A stretch of 64,000 nt of DNA from Vicugna vicugna (GCA_013265495.1 MU058844.1:7997260-8061259), one strand, 5' to 3'; counted from the stretch's first letter, positions 39,397-53,539 are shown. Notes: a model not told the origin generated them from the letters alone. Numbers and translations: made by a program.

Positions 39397-39715
39397 TTTT
39401 TTTTTCTTTTGGTTTTATGTAGATATAAATGACATACAGCACGGTAAAAGTTTAAGGTGTACAGTATAATGACTTGACATATATTGTGAAATGATTATCA
39501 CAATAAGTTTCATTAACATTCATCATGTCATACAGAGACAAAATAATTTTTTCCCTAGGGATGAGAACTTTGAGGATCTACTCTTTAAGCAACATTCAAG
39601 TATGTCTATAGCAGTGTTAACTACAGTCTTCATGTTGTACATTATACCCCTAGAACTTCTTTATAGATGGACAGTTGTACCTTTTGGCCACATTCATCCA
39701 GTTCCTCCAAAATTC
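39397..39715 (-). mobile_element. L1 (L1MA9-like) 3' end
   Basis: T-tract, then gatataaatgacatacagcac...gtttaaggtgtacagtataatgacttgac...tgtgaaatgatt...atgttgtacatta. Confidence 0.8.
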
Positions 39716-40584
39716 CCTACTTAAAAAAAAATTTTTTGGACCACCTTTACCAAAAGTAATCACCCCTTACTCAACTCTTACAATAATTATTAAATCTCCT
39801 TTTTTAATTCTTAAATACACATCTTGCACATTAGTTTAGGTTAGCCACCATGAATAATACATTTGACAGTAAACCTGCTTTCATGGTCCTTCAATCTTGG
39901 GACAAAGAGATATACTTATCGGCATGTTCCAAAGGTTGATTTTTAGATGCACATGAAACAAACAACACAGAACCTTCGAAAGCATTTTAGTACTTAAAAA
40001 TTTCATTCAATCTGGGTTTAAAAGTGAAATTTCATACACGTTTTGAATGAAGAAAAATATCAACTAAACAATACGACAGATGGTAAGTGGTTGTGAGCAA
40101 AATCACAGTGCATAGTGGAACATGAGTGAAAAGGTGTGAATGAGACTGAATTGCATGGACCTAGCCATAACTTGAGAAATTATAAAAGTTTTAGAAGTGT
40201 TTGCAAAATTCTGTGATACCAGCCCACTGGGGGGAAAAACTATTTTTGTAAAAGGCCTCACATGAGTTGGGGCATTTTTTTTTCCTGGCCTCTAAAGAAT
40301 GGAAGCACTCAGAAAATGGCCCCACGTGATTTCTAGCAGGCTTCCTGCTGCTGGTATGGTGAAAGCATCTCATTGTCAATATTGCACATTTTTAGGACAC
40401 TTTGCCTGAAGGTCAGGCGTCCCATGGTAATCTAATTTCTAAGCTTTCCAAGTTTGAGGACTTAGCTGGTCACTAAGGAAATCATTGCATTTTTTGGAAA
40501 TGCTTATTTTCCATTTAAGACATCAGGTTTATTTGGGTGGTTTTTATACTTAGTGGTTTTCTGTGTTGGTCATTTTTCTTTCTT

Positions 40585-40803
40585 TCTTTCATTTTTTAAT
40601 TGAAGTATAGTCGGTTTACGATGTTGTGTTAATTTCTGGTTTACAGCACAGTGATTCAGATACACACACACACACACACACATATTCCTTTTCATATTTT
40701 TTCATTTTAGGTTACTCCAAGGTATTGAATACAGCTCCTCGTGCTATACTGTGGGAACTTGTTGTTTATTTTACATATAGTAGTTACAAATAGGATCTGC
40801 AAA
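40585..40803 (-). mobile_element. L1 3' UTR fragment with internal (CA)n
   Basis: ttttttaattgaagtatagtcggtttacgatgttgtgttaatttctggtttacagcacagtgattcag; same family as 11641-12372. Confidence 0.85.
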
Positions 40804-43800
40804 TGAGCATTTTACTCATCGTCAAGTTTGTTATGATTATTTTTTATGTTACTTTTAATTCTTTCCTTATGAACTAATTTTGCTTACAATTTAAAAATGA
40901 AATAAATATATTTTAATTAACTGACTGATTAATTTGGCTTTAGATCAGGACAACACTGCTGGTAACTGCTGTAGCTTCTTCTAATATGTTTAATATCAAG
41001 TAGAGCAAGTCTCATCCATTATTCTTCTCTAAAACATTTCAGCTCTATTTTCCTTTACATCTACCAGATAAACTTTAGAGTCATTTTTGTCAAATTTTTG
41101 ATAAAATTATTTTTGAGATGGTTTATTGTGACTGAATTATAATCCAGAATCAATTTAAGGGAAATTTTACAAAACTGAGTCTTCCTACACAAGATTAGAA
41201 CTCAATCCTTCATTCATTCAAACTTCTACTCTCCCCGTCTCTTTAATGTACCAATAGGACCTACCTCGCCAATTGACCTTCAACCAGACTATGAGATGTG
41301 CAAAGCTAGGAACAAAACCCTTCATCTCTTTATGTGTCCTCCAAGCCCCTGGCTCCAAAGAGTCTTGATAAATATCTGATAAATAACTGATCACCTGATG
41401 CATCAACTTGGATTTAGATGTTACATTTTTACCCAAGAATGTCACTGAAGAGAAATTCCCAAGTAACTCCCTTTTTCCAGAATCTATGGTCTGACAGAAC
41501 CACAGAACATTGGGAGCCTATTATGTCAAAAGTTTAACTTGCTGTGATTTTAATTCTCACTTTTTACTTCACAGGGTTGGCATTAACATGGAAACATTAG
41601 GGAGTCTGGCTTTCTTTCTCTTTCTTCATGTTGTAAACTTGCTCTAACTATTGGCTGTTGAATTTTGTGAGTCTTTGGATTTCCATCCTAATCTTTCCCT
41701 CAGCCTTATCTTATTCTTATAAAAATAACACAGTCCAGTGGCCTTAGACATATTAGTCCTGATTGGAAATCCTTAAGAGCTAGTGTACAGAGCAGGAAAA
41801 GACAGAGAAAAAATTTAAATGATTCTAGAAATTAGAGAGGCTATTTAGTATCTGACAACAGATTTTAACAAGTATAACTTCCTTCTTTGGGGTGGAGTGA
41901 TTGAAAGTAAATGAAATATAATCCAAGTCTTAAAGTGAGGGCTGTGAAAAAGTTCAGTATGTAACTCTTCAGTAAGCTCTACAGCATCAAATTTAAGGGG
42001 AAACCCTTGAAGCCAGAAAGGGTAGTTTTAAAGCAGAGATGAAACACAGCTGGGGGGGGGGGAGGAAATGAATATATTTCATTAAGTAAAAACTAATCAC
42101 GAAGAAAGAGATTAAACCAGTGAAAGTTAAAAAGGTTCCTAATAGCTACTGTGAGGTTAAGACACCAGAAACATCTGATGTGCCATTGAAATTTAACTTG
42201 GAAAATAGCCAGGAGCCTGTGCCAATATCTCTCTTTTTGCAACTGGGGATCCTGAGATTGTCTAGGTAAATCAACTTCCTCAATGTTTTCAAGGAAATAA
42301 ATCACTAAAAATAATCAATCAACAAATGTTTCAGCCAATCCCATAAAATGTTCAGAATTTTCCAAAAAAAGAGAAAGTGAGAATATGTGTGTGTCCATGT
42401 ACATGTTGGAGATGTTGATCCTCTCCCCCAAAATACAGTACAGTCCTTCAAGAGAATTACAGTGGAATAAATAAAATGGCTTAATACAACTGAAACATTC
42501 AGGGAATCCTAGAAATATATTCAAGGAGGTGCTCAATTGTGCTTAGAAAAAAACAAAGTTTACACCAGAGAAAAGAAAAAAGAATGAGTAAATGTCATAC
42601 TAGCTTGGAAAGAATTAATGAAAATAACAGTATTCTGAGAAATACGATGTAAATATTTGCAGGAAAATATCAGAATAGTATAATAAAAGCATTTTCAGTT
42701 TTATATACGTCTTCTTAGGAACACATTTCACATGTACTCCTGGATCAATCAATATGTCTCTATAATATGTAGTGAATAATTTATTTTATAGTATAAATTT
42801 TTTGTTGATGTTAATTACTAAGATACATCAGAAATTTTAAAATTCATCCTATTTTTAATAAATAATGTAAAAATAAGATTCTCCAAGAGCTCACAAAACC
42901 CGTGCTTATAATTTACATTTTGGCAAAACAGACTTGCAATCTGGAATCAAATTTTACATGCTCTGGTTTAATGCTTTATTCAATTTGAATATGACAACAG
43001 TTTCTATCAGTGTAAATAAATCAAAACTAAGTAACAGTTCACTGAGGAGTTAAATGAGATTTTCATGTAGAAAACAGCCTTTCTCTACCTATTAGGAGAA
43101 ACAGATATAAATACACACAGAATAAAGTACATACCACTTGCCTATTCTAAATATGTGCAATGACTTACTGTTTCCTTGACACTGACTTTCAAGATTGTAT
43201 CCTTCATACAAGATTTTCAACTTCCTCATGATTATGTTCATCTCAATGCCATCAAAACTGGCATGTTTGAAGAATGCCAGAATTTGAAATTTAGTTAGTT
43301 TTCCAAGTCTAACATGAAATCACTTTTATTTTCTAAGAAGAACCCAACCCATATTTACTACTGAGTAAAAGATTCACCCCACAGATAGTGCCCAATAAAA
43401 GAGTAAAATACACGTTTTTTCTCATTTATTTCTACTGAACCCTCCGAAAATATATTTTTCAAGTAGAACATATTGAAACTATTTGGGAGTCGGAAAATAA
43501 GAATATAATTAGGTATTAATTTGAGTATATTCATTTCCGTATAACTCAATTTAAACATAAAGTTTTTAAGCTTCGATCTTTTCCTTCACCACTAAACTGG
43601 CACAAGTAAGAATTAATGTAACAGGTGGGCTTGTGTGATTTTAATAGCAGTGAAATATAATCAGCTGTCTCATATCATATTTCCAGGAAAGCAAGCGACA
43701 TCTAGACCCAGGCATGATCCTTAGGCAACCTTAGAATTGGCATGAAAGTATTCAACCTCCCCATAGGGACCATATATCTTCTGGTCCTGAGTTTAATTGA

Positions 43801-46800
43801 AACTTTAAACAAAATATATTACCTATTTAATGCAGCTAAACTGGAGGCTGGCCTTTGTAGTGTAGAGACTAATGCCTAGCAAATTAATGTTTGTAACCAC
43901 AGTATATAAGGTAGAATTTATATCAAGCGTGAATGGTCAAAAAAAAAAAAAAAAACCTCTGTGGTGTTATAACAACAAACGAATTTTTAGGAGCAAATTT
44001 TGTACATACATTTTATATATTTCTTCTCTGTGACACACAGCCAAAAGCTTGTGATTGCCTTATCTTACTGGCTCCATATCTTATAAAGTGAATTTCTACA
44101 ATTTCTCAAATGTATGTTTCACTTTTCTGGACTGGTAAACTACACACCTGGCACTGGTCTTCTCCTTCCTCCTGGTCTTGTCCTTTCTGACGATGGAAAA
44201 AATAAAAGTGCAATGAATAGATTTATCTTAAAAATTAGAATAATATTCTTTTGGGGGAAATACAGATCAATGGCTAAGCTAGTTATATGGTCATATCATA
44301 TGGGAAGAGCTGACTCACTGATTTTCAACAGTGCCAATGGAAGCAATCATAGGAAAATCACCAGAACTCAAAATAGGGGAAGCAGGTGGTATAAAAAGCT
44401 TAACACTACTGGAGTGTTAATGCTTCCACACTTGAAAGATGTGAAGTTCAAATCTCACACAGTTAAAAACCATCTCTTTCACAGTCGGCATGCTAAATGC
44501 CTTGAGCAATCCACTTAAGAACCAGCAGTCAGAGAAGAAAATATTCAGCATGTGAACCATCCTGTCAAAAATTTACTCTGAATATTTCTATTCTAAATAT
44601 ATTCTGGAACAAAGTGAGGTAAACACACACACATAAACACACTCACTAGAATTATCCAATGAAAATAAATGATTCAGCTAAAAACCCAGAAGGCTGAGAG
44701 AAAAACAGACTTTTTTAATAGCCCTTCTACTAACTGAACTCAGCATATGGTGTACATCCTTCAAGTAGAGTAAGGATAAATTTACAAGGGGGAATTTTTG
44801 CATCTTGTTTTCAGGAGCTGCATTTGACAGCTTGCTTGTCAGTTCTTCGCACCTAAGTAAGAGTACAGAATCTAAAGATCACTGGTAGCCGTTTATGACA
44901 CAACTTCTTCATTTCACAAGTTTCTTTCTCAAAAATACAGTTCTAAAATTTGGGCAAGTGTTTTACTCCCAAAATTGCTCTAATAAATTCATCGTGTTTC
45001 CCATGTATTGGCTCTTTCACCATTCTTATTCTGACTAGTTCAATGAAATTAATTCTTCATTTAATTTCATAATTAAAGGGCTGTTTGAACAAAACTGAAA
45101 GTTAAAAGATTCTGCCCTTTTGATAGATGACTTAAATTGTCGGGTACCCCTTCACTCCTGTTTCCAGGATGCTCTTTGAAATGGGACAGTTTGATGATGC
45201 AGAAGACTGAGGTGCAGCTTTTGCCTGGTGGGGGAATGGGGGGCTCCTCTATATAAGGTCTCCTTCTTTGAGGTGAGATGTCACATTGAGGTGATTTCCG
45301 AAGTCAGGCACATAGACTGGTGTTAAATAAAGTCTGCTGTCCCCCAGTTCTGTTTGGTCATCGTTTTTAATAAGCTCCTCCCAGGAATTTGTGGGTCTAC
45401 GCCTGTGTCAGGAGGAGTCATGTTCTTTATAAAGGTAGGAAAAAAAAAATATTCCTCCCTTCTTAGGAAAGAATGTGAGGAAAAAGCATCTTTTCAATTT
45501 TAAACCCATGTAAACAAAAGATTTGTTAGCTGCAGATTTGTGGAGGAAAATATATTTTCTAATACTGACCTGGGATTTCATAAATAACAGGGATGTGTAT
45601 AAAAAAATACAGGAATTACTGGGAATAAGAGAACCAAAAGAGTAAGATCAAAATAAAGGCAAATGAGGTAATAAACAGCAATAACTGTTATCATGCAATT
45701 CCCCTGAAGAAGAGTGTAATCTCTCCCTAACATACAAAAGCATGTCATCCAACATAAACACATTTTTTTAAAGGACAAGAAAATAAGAATATGTATGCAA
45801 CTGTTGGCACTAGTGTCATATTAGGAAAAAAAAGGCTTGATATTTTTCTTTTTGTTTGGTTTGTTTGGTCCAGTCAACATAGCATAGCCTACATAGTTAT
45901 AAACAAAATATTCTTGAGGCTAGAATAATATAATTATCCATTTACTCATAGGCATTTACTTATTAAGGAAAGATAGTAAAGAGCTCTAGATCAACTATGA
46001 AATCACCTGGAAAGTTCCATGAGAGCAGGAACCATATGGACTGCTTCCATTTCATCCACTACCACCTCTATAACCCCCCAACTCAGGACTTGTGACTGAA
46101 GTTGTTTTTTTTTTTTGCACACAGAGGTTATTCTAAACATAGTGATTATAGGTTCCAAGGACAAGGCAGTAACTCAGGATTCTGTTCCTCCATGAATGCA
46201 TCATGCCCTTTTGTTCTCAAGATATATTACCAAGGTGAAATGGCCTAAACTGCTTATATAATTAAACCCAACAATCACTTTGCATTGAGAAAGCCAACTA
46301 ATTTTATGTTAAACAGTAAATACACTTAAAATGACCTTTGGGATTGGAAGGGCTCAAATTGGTAAAATTAAAAGTTACAGCCTAATTTGGTTTGCCATAA
46401 TCTCTTAGGATTATTCAAAAGCAATGCTTAAGTATACCTACTCAGGGAAATAAACAATTAGAGAGAAAAAAAGAGAAAAACTGAGGGTGGTTAAAAATTA
46501 TTCTACCTCTTAATATCCTGCATATTTCAGGCATCTGCGCTAAAGCCACAATTTTGTAGGTGTTTTATAAGAACTATATCCATATATCTATTTACCTGTA
46601 TCCATAGATATAGATATTGCTGGGTTTTAATGGGTAAAGATAAGCTATATTGACATAGTAAAGAATGTGCCAGTTTTGGCAACACAGAAAGGCTAAATGA
46701 AAAAAGCATTTGAATGTAAATCAGTAAACTACGCTGCTGGTTCTAACCAAACAGTAATCCTAAGCAGATCATCCTAACTCTTCGGGTGTTAATTTCTAGC

Positions 46801-47379
46801 TTGTAAAATAAAAGACTACGTTAGGAGGATTTTAAAGATACCAATCTTCCATCTCTAACATTCCATGATTCTGTCACTTAGAATTTGAGAACAGAGGAGA
46901 AATTGAGATTCAATCAAAGCCTACAATAGGTGTCAGAATAAAGAATAATTTTGACTAAGTCTAGGGGAAAAAACATGTCATGAAAGGAAAAAGAGAAGAA
47001 ACTCAAAACTGAATATGACAGTTTTAATTTAGATGGCATACTCTATTAATAGAATTAAGTTAACGAGTATGCGGTTTCACTTCTGGTTAATGTAGTTACT
47101 AACAAAAGGAGAATTTTGACTCTGGTTGTTGAGAAACAAGGGGAAATGGACTTTGAGTAAAAATACAGCAATTCTAGAAAGGACAGAACTAAATAGAATC
47201 CCTGTTAAATGTTGGTGACTCCAAGGCCATCACTGTGTCAAAATCTTAGCTACAGAGAAATAATATTTACATTGATAAATACAAAAAGAACTGCCAGAGA
47301 ATACAGTAAGTGACTTTTAAAGTCCACAGAAAAGATGGTTAAAATGGAAGGTAATATTATGAAACACTTACTAGGTTGG

Positions 47380-47560
47380 AAATTTGGTCCAGTACACTTT
47401 ATCTTCACTATCTCAATCCTCAAACTGACACTACCATTACAGGCACCTTATGGATGGGGAATCTGAGGCTTTCATTTAAGTAATCTGCCCAAGGTCACTC
47501 AGCTATTAAGTGTCAAAGCCGTAATTTGAACCTGGGCTATCTGACTTCACACTGTACTGA
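47380..47560 (-). mobile_element. MIR SINE
   Basis: gatggggaatctgaggct...taagtaatctgcccaaggtcactcagctattaagtgtcaaagccgtaatttgaacctgggctatctgact. Confidence 0.8.
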
Positions 47561-50110
47561 GTACCCATTTAATCCAATCCCTTCACTCAAAAGGAAATTG
47601 AGGTCCACAGAAATAAAGTCACATAACTGGCTAGGAGCAATTTTAACAGTTATTTTGTGATTTGGTCTGCTAATATTTAATATATTCTTATACCTTGCTA
47701 ATTACAACTGCCACCTAGCTGAAGGTTTAATTTTTATTTGTAAAATAATATTTAGTATCTTTTAAAGTATTATTTGTATATGCTTGTAATTCACAGTTTT
47801 GGATGGGCTGATACTCCTCAGTTATTGTTACTCAATCATCTTGATCCTATGAAATCAGAGAAGAATGAGAATATACTTTTAAATAGCTTTTAAGTGTACT
47901 TATAAACTACCACAATAAAAATTAATAGTCTTACGATAAAATACAGAAAAATTTAAGTTGGGTCATCAATTAATCACACTTATTATTTGCTATTAATTAA
48001 TATACAAATGGGAAAAATAGTCTCATTTGATGTTCAGGATAAGCTAACTACTGGTATGCAGCATAGAGTGATACATTTTTCATAAAGTGTTCAAGGGAAG
48101 AGAAAACGCAAAGGACCGGAGTGGCTTTTTAAAAAGCAGCTTCAATGAACTGAGATATCAGACTAACAATAACATTCAAATTTAACTATTTTTTCATATG
48201 TATTCCTTTATTTCTCCTAACCTCCAAATAAAAGAAAAAAAGGCTGAAAAAAATTATGTTTGCATATATGCATACAAGTGCTTGGGGGCAGTGGTCTTAA
48301 AGGGGTAAACAAATGAGCCATGAGAAAAATGAGTACTTGCAGCCTAAATCCCGCCAGACATTATAATCCATCACTGATCCCTAAAGGGCACCAATAATAT
48401 GCAAATGTGAGAATTAGAAAACACATTCAAGGCTGTTGATAAACTTGATAGGATAATCAGCACATGCTGACAGGTTAATGAAACTGATGAACTGATAGCG
48501 CAGCTTATCTCCGGGGCCATTTTTTCCCCCTTGTCAAATGGAGGCTAATCAAAATGTACTAGGAGTTAAAGCAAACACTCAGAGGATTTCACCCATTTGA
48601 TTAGGAGGTGAACTCACCCTCAGAGAAAATTATAGTTTTCATGAACAACTGAAATGACAAAACCTGGTCAGCTGACAGACCTTCACATAAAATTAAACAG
48701 AAGGCAGTCACCATAATTATGGGAGAAATCTGGAATTGTAAATTACATTGGGATTCTCCCCTCACAAACTGTCAGAGTGCTTTTCAGAGTCTGGGCAAAG
48801 CGACTCCCTCCTTCTATAATGGAAAATAAGACAAAGGACTCAGCACTAATAACCTAGGGACACATTTACCTCTTGCCGCCTGTATAGGCTGAGCGTCTGT
48901 GTAACCATATGAGACACAGATCCCAAGGCACCAGCTGAATTTTCAATCGAATTTATTTACATAAAATAATTGAATGAATTTTCTGAAATCATTAACTATC
49001 GTGAATACCACATTTCCTATTAACAATAAAGATGCCATATGCAGTCTGCTGCCAAGGATCTGAGTCCTTTCCTAATTTAAAAAAAAAAGATATTTTATTT
49101 GATAATTGTGGAAAATTGAGAAAAAGTCCTTCCCAAGTATTAACATAAAAAATAAAATTATAAACGAAAACCACTGTGCCTCCTTAGACAAAAATTAAGA
49201 GAAAACAATTCCTTCAATATTCATTTTGACATGAAAAACCATTAACCCAGAAAAGTTAATTCAATGGATAAATCCACATACTCGAGGCACTCGCTTTATC
49301 AACATGTATATTTCACCTGGGTGGACAGACTGATGGTAAAATGTTAGACAGTAAAAGGGGCTGTTTTAATTCATAAGACTTTAAGGGCAAAAGTACATTT
49401 AGGAAAGCTAGATTTTACCCTTTAGAAATTATACCAAAGAGAAAAGGAAACAGCAACTAAAAGTACTCCAGGGTCCTCTTTAACATAAGCATTAAATCAC
49501 TTCTCTGCCGCCCAGGCTAACTGGCGGCGGGATTCCCAGCGACAAGCAGTGAATCTATGAACCTCTTCCAGGTTTTTTGTTTCTTTTCCCCCCTATTTAC
49601 TGACTGGTGCCTCACTCTTTTTAAACTATTTCTAAATTTTCTCTCATTTAGGAAAAAGAGAAAATGAGTGTACTTGCTAGGCGTATATTTTCCAGTTTGG
49701 GAGGATCTGGGATTTTCTGTGTGTACTCGAAAGCTATACAGCTACTATCAAATTTCTCAAATCACTGAACACAGAAGCAGAAAATAATCCTAGAGATCTT
49801 GTAGTCACATTTAGTTTATATGCATAAGGGAGGCCTAGAAATATTAAACAACTTCACCAAGTTTAATGAAAGTGTAAGGAAAATCTGAGTTTGCACTTTG
49901 TGTTTTGGTGAAAAAGAAATATTTGAGGACAAAACAACCCTTTCTCTTCTCTCTCTTATCAGGAAACAGCAAAATTAATCATCAGCAGAACAGGTTAAAC
50001 TTTAGGGATTCTTTTCAAGAGTCACATACTGAATAGGCAGTTTTCAGTGGTGTCATCATCAATTAGCTGTCGTAACAATTTATTAAAAGGCAATCACAGA
50101 TCAATTGCAG

Positions 50111-50572
50111 TGTGAAGAAAAACCGGGCTGGTCTGACAAGATAACTCATAAGTCTAGGAATGTGAAGGAGAGGCTGGGCTGGTCTAACAAGATAACTCAC
50201 AAGTCTAAGTATTGGAATACTGATCTGAGTTCTGCTAGACTAACTTGTAAATCTAGGTTAATTAGCGTTGGTTTGCTGTTCATGTTTTTTGCTAGCCAGC
50301 TGGGTTTTCAAAGATACATATCTGGCTTTGGAATGTTGGTTTGCTGCCTCCCTGCCTCCACTTTTGCGATGATGCTGCTGCTAAAGCTGTTCCATGCCTA
50401 CTGGCCGAATACCCCAAGTTGTACTTTACCCTATAAAACCTCATGCACACGTCTTGGAGGTGCTCAGAGCTTCAGAGCAGAAGCCCCTCTGAGCCCGCCG
50501 GCGTAATACATCTGAGTACTCCAACCCTCCGAGTGGTGCTTGTTTCTTGACTGGCCTGTCGTTTCCGTAACA
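50111..50572 (+). mobile_element. Solo LTR of an endogenous retrovirus (ERV1-like), 462 bp
   Basis: Begins TGTGA and ends TAACA, with a 4-bp TSD GCAG (50107-50110 and 50573-50576). TATAAAA at 50432-50438, AATACA at 50505-50510, and a roughly 50-bp tandem repeat at the U3 end. Confidence 0.88.
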
Positions 50573-50873
50573 GCAGGGGACGGGTAGATTATTCTGCTAG
50601 GAATTCTAATTCTTGACCCCTTGTACCTAGAAAAATCCATACACTACCTTACATATTTTCTGACAAATAAGAGAATTAAGCGAATTTTTCCACATAGAAA
50701 AGGGAATAATCATAGTAGAATATGTACATTCTTCACAGTATTATTTTTACTCTAAAATAATACTCTGAAAAAAGCCTCTGGCGATCCAAGTCTTTACCAA
50801 GGAAAACCATACAGTTGGCTCAGTTAATCTCATCTTTAATAAGCATCAGAAATCATATATCTCAGAACATCAG

Positions 50874-51215
50874 CTATATATGGAATCTTAAAAAAAATGA
50901 TACAAACGAATTTATTTACAAACCGGAAACAGATTTACAGACATAGAAAACAAACTATGGTTACCAAAGGGAAAGGGGCGGCAAGGAGGGATAAATTAGA
51001 AGTTTGGGATTAACATACACACACTATTATATATAAAATAGATAAACAAGGAACTACCGTATAGCACGGGGAACTATATTCAGTATCTTGTAATAACATA
51101 TAATGGAAAAGCAGCTAAAAAGGAATATATTTGTATATGTATAACTGAATCACTTTGCTGTACACCTGAAACTAACACAAAACTGTAAATCAACTATACT
51201 TCAATAAAAATAAAT
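50874..51215 (+). mobile_element. L1 3' UTR fragment
   Basis: tatatggaatcttaaaaaaaatgatacaaacgaatttatttacaaac...gtatagcacggggaactatattcag...caactatacttcaataaaaa. Confidence 0.9.
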
Positions 51216-51640
51216 TTTAATGAATCTCTACATCATAGCATAGCCACTTTTAGGAATATTCTGATTAAGGAAATAGCATAATCAAAAATTATTGTGCATT
51301 TGATGAATTCATTAAAATCTATGTCTTTTTTATTCATCATTTTCAATCTCTAGAGTTTAGCTAATACTAAATACCCACATGGGTTTATGAACCCCTCAGC
51401 AACAACTCTGGGACCTGACCAATTTGTTGAGAATCCCTATGTTAACACGTTTATTAGCATCAGAATAAGGGTGCTTTGTGAAAATTCAAATGTGACACCC
51501 AACTGTGAACAGGGTTTTGTTTTTTTTTTTAAGTGACGCTTAACAATATGATTTATTAGAATTACATTTAACAGAAGCACTGGTTTTAATTTCTCCACAG
51601 GTCCCTGAAACATCATTTAAAATATGACTGCTTTACTTAC

Positions 51641-51719
51641 CCATCATGTTGTACAAGCTTTGGGGGGCAAACTGCCTTGGCATTTTCTGAATTGCTTCCT
51701 TGTACACACTCAGAGCATC
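51641..51719 (-). CDS. TMTC2: TMTC2 internal coding exon (79 bp; probably exon 7)
   Basis: Acceptor tttctgtttcttaaattag|GAT GCT CTG and donor ATG ATG G|gtaagt. Encodes DALSVYKEAIQKMPRQFAPQSLYNMM(G). Phase 0 start and phase 1 end match both neighbouring exons. Confidence 0.96.
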
Positions 51720-52810
51720 CTAATTTAAGAAACAGAAAAAGAGTACAGGGATTTTCGCTGGAAATAAAATAATAACATCCTTGCAAAATTAAACTCTCCC
51801 ATTGCTCTTTCTCAGTGGTTCATTTAGAGTAAAATAACTGAGCTGTCCTCTGATACCCTATTACCTCAATTTCATGAATAAAAATATTCAACCCGATCAG
51901 TGAAGAAGGTCATATAAAATTAGTTTAACAAGGAGTCGAATGCTACCAATGCTCTTTTCCTTTGCTATAAATTTTTCAGTTCACACAGATTATGGAATAA
52001 AAATAACTAGAAAAATTCACCCAGAGTCATTTAAATTCATAGTTACTTCGAATCAGGCAATCAAAGAGGATCTAAATAAAATATCAGCTAACCCCTCGTC
52101 TAGCTACTGAGACCGACTGAGATTATTAAATGCAATTATTTTTAAAGTAGTATCTTTATCTTTATATTGCAGTCTTGATACATTGTGTAAGAGTAAAAGG
52201 GCGTGTGGTCTGAGAGAGGCAGCAGAGGAATGAGAGAAGAAACCCATGAACGTGCAGGCAGAATTAGCGGGAGAGAGGGTGGGTGGGACTGGGCAAAACA
52301 CACAACTTCCTGTACATGAGCCTATCCCCATCACTTTTTCTCTCTTCCCAATTAAAAAAAAAAACAATAAAATTACTTTTCATTGCAATAGGATTTTAAA
52401 AAGAATTAAAGGGGTAGGATTCAACATCAAATCACTTTCTTAATAGAGTACAAAAATGTATTTTTTAACATCAAACAACAGATATAGGTAACAATAAGAA
52501 TGTGTCTTGAAATGTGTCATAAAAAAAAGAAATCAAGGAGACAGTAAGCTAATAAGCTTGAGAAGCAATGCATGTTATTTCCCTTTCAGAAGGAGTCGCA
52601 ATTACTCTGATGAATTCATAGTAAAGATCTGTTAAGTTTTGTTTAGCAGAATTCTTCAAAAGAATGGCACCATGAAACTCTTTTAATGAAAACATCGATT
52701 AGCTTCTTAAAGATCATAGTGTCCCTACAATGAGATCATAGGTAGGAAACATTGAGATGGGATCAGAGCAATGGGAAGGAATAGGGCAGAGAGAGAGGTT
52801 TCAGCCTAAC

Positions 52811-52995
52811 CTCATAGTGTCCCTGCTCATGGTAGAGCTTCCCCAGGTTGTAAAGACAGCTGGTCACCGAGCTCTTATGCGCATGCGGGTCCTTCAGGTT
52901 TTCGTCTGGGATTTCAGAACACTTTAGGAATGTGCGTCGGGCTTCTTCTGTCTTTCCTTGGTTCATAAGAATAATTCCGGTGTTTAAATATGCAG
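52811..52995 (-). CDS. TMTC2: TMTC2 internal coding exon (185 bp; probably exon 6)
   Basis: Acceptor ttttccccctcag|CT GCA TAT and donor TAT GAG|gttagg. Encodes AYLNTGIILMNQGKTEEARRTFLKCSEIPDENLKDPHAHKSSVTSCLYNLGKLYHEQGHYE (61 codons), inside ORF 52763..53041. Confidence 0.97.
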
Positions 52996-53453
52996 CTGAG
53001 GGGGAAAAGTGGAAATATTGGTGTAAGAAGATGATGTCCACTGTAGAAACAATAAAGCTCTCTTTACTTCAATTTAGTTTCTATGTATGACTTCTGATTT
53101 TAAAAGAAAACCAAGAAATAAATACCTCAGGAACAAATATACAAAAGAACAACAATATAGCAAAAAGTAGAGGTGTTACTGAAAAATACATGTTTTAGTC
53201 TCTGCCTTGAAGGAGCTCAGAACACCATGAGCTTAAAATCTAGATGAACAAGTTGTATTTATTTTAGTATCTTAGAATGCTAAACAGATGTCAAAACATT
53301 AAAATTGAGAGAGATGTCATTGTTAAGGGCTCATAATTTGATCAGCAAGTGTTCAGAAACAGAAATACCATGTTTTTTAATCTGTGAGGTTGTAGGTCAC
53401 CATTTTTACGGAGAAAGAAAGAGATATTTTAAAACGATTTGACTATTACTTAC

Positions 53454-53539
53454 AAGCCAGGGTAGGCCTGCTCCCGATCGCCAATTTGTAATAATGCAGT
53501 GCTTCTGCAAACCTGCTGTTCTCCTGCAGGAGTAACCCT
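53454..53539 (-). CDS. TMTC2: TMTC2 internal coding exon (86 bp; probably exon 5)
   Basis: Minus strand: acceptor ttttcctcatgcag| then A GGG TTA CTC ... CTG GCT T|gtaagt. Translates (L)GLLLQENSRFAEALHYYKLAIGSRPTLA(S), a TPR segment I recognise from TMTC2. The trailing T joins CT of the next exon to give Ser. This reading frame is not in the ORF track. Confidence 0.96.

Noticed and set aside
44114..44518. 134-aa ORF
   Set aside because: No recognisable domain and low-information AT-rich composition; consistent with chance.
50105..50506. 133-aa ORF with an internal repeat
   Set aside because: Lies essentially within the solo LTR, and the peptide repeat reflects the 50-bp DNA duplication.
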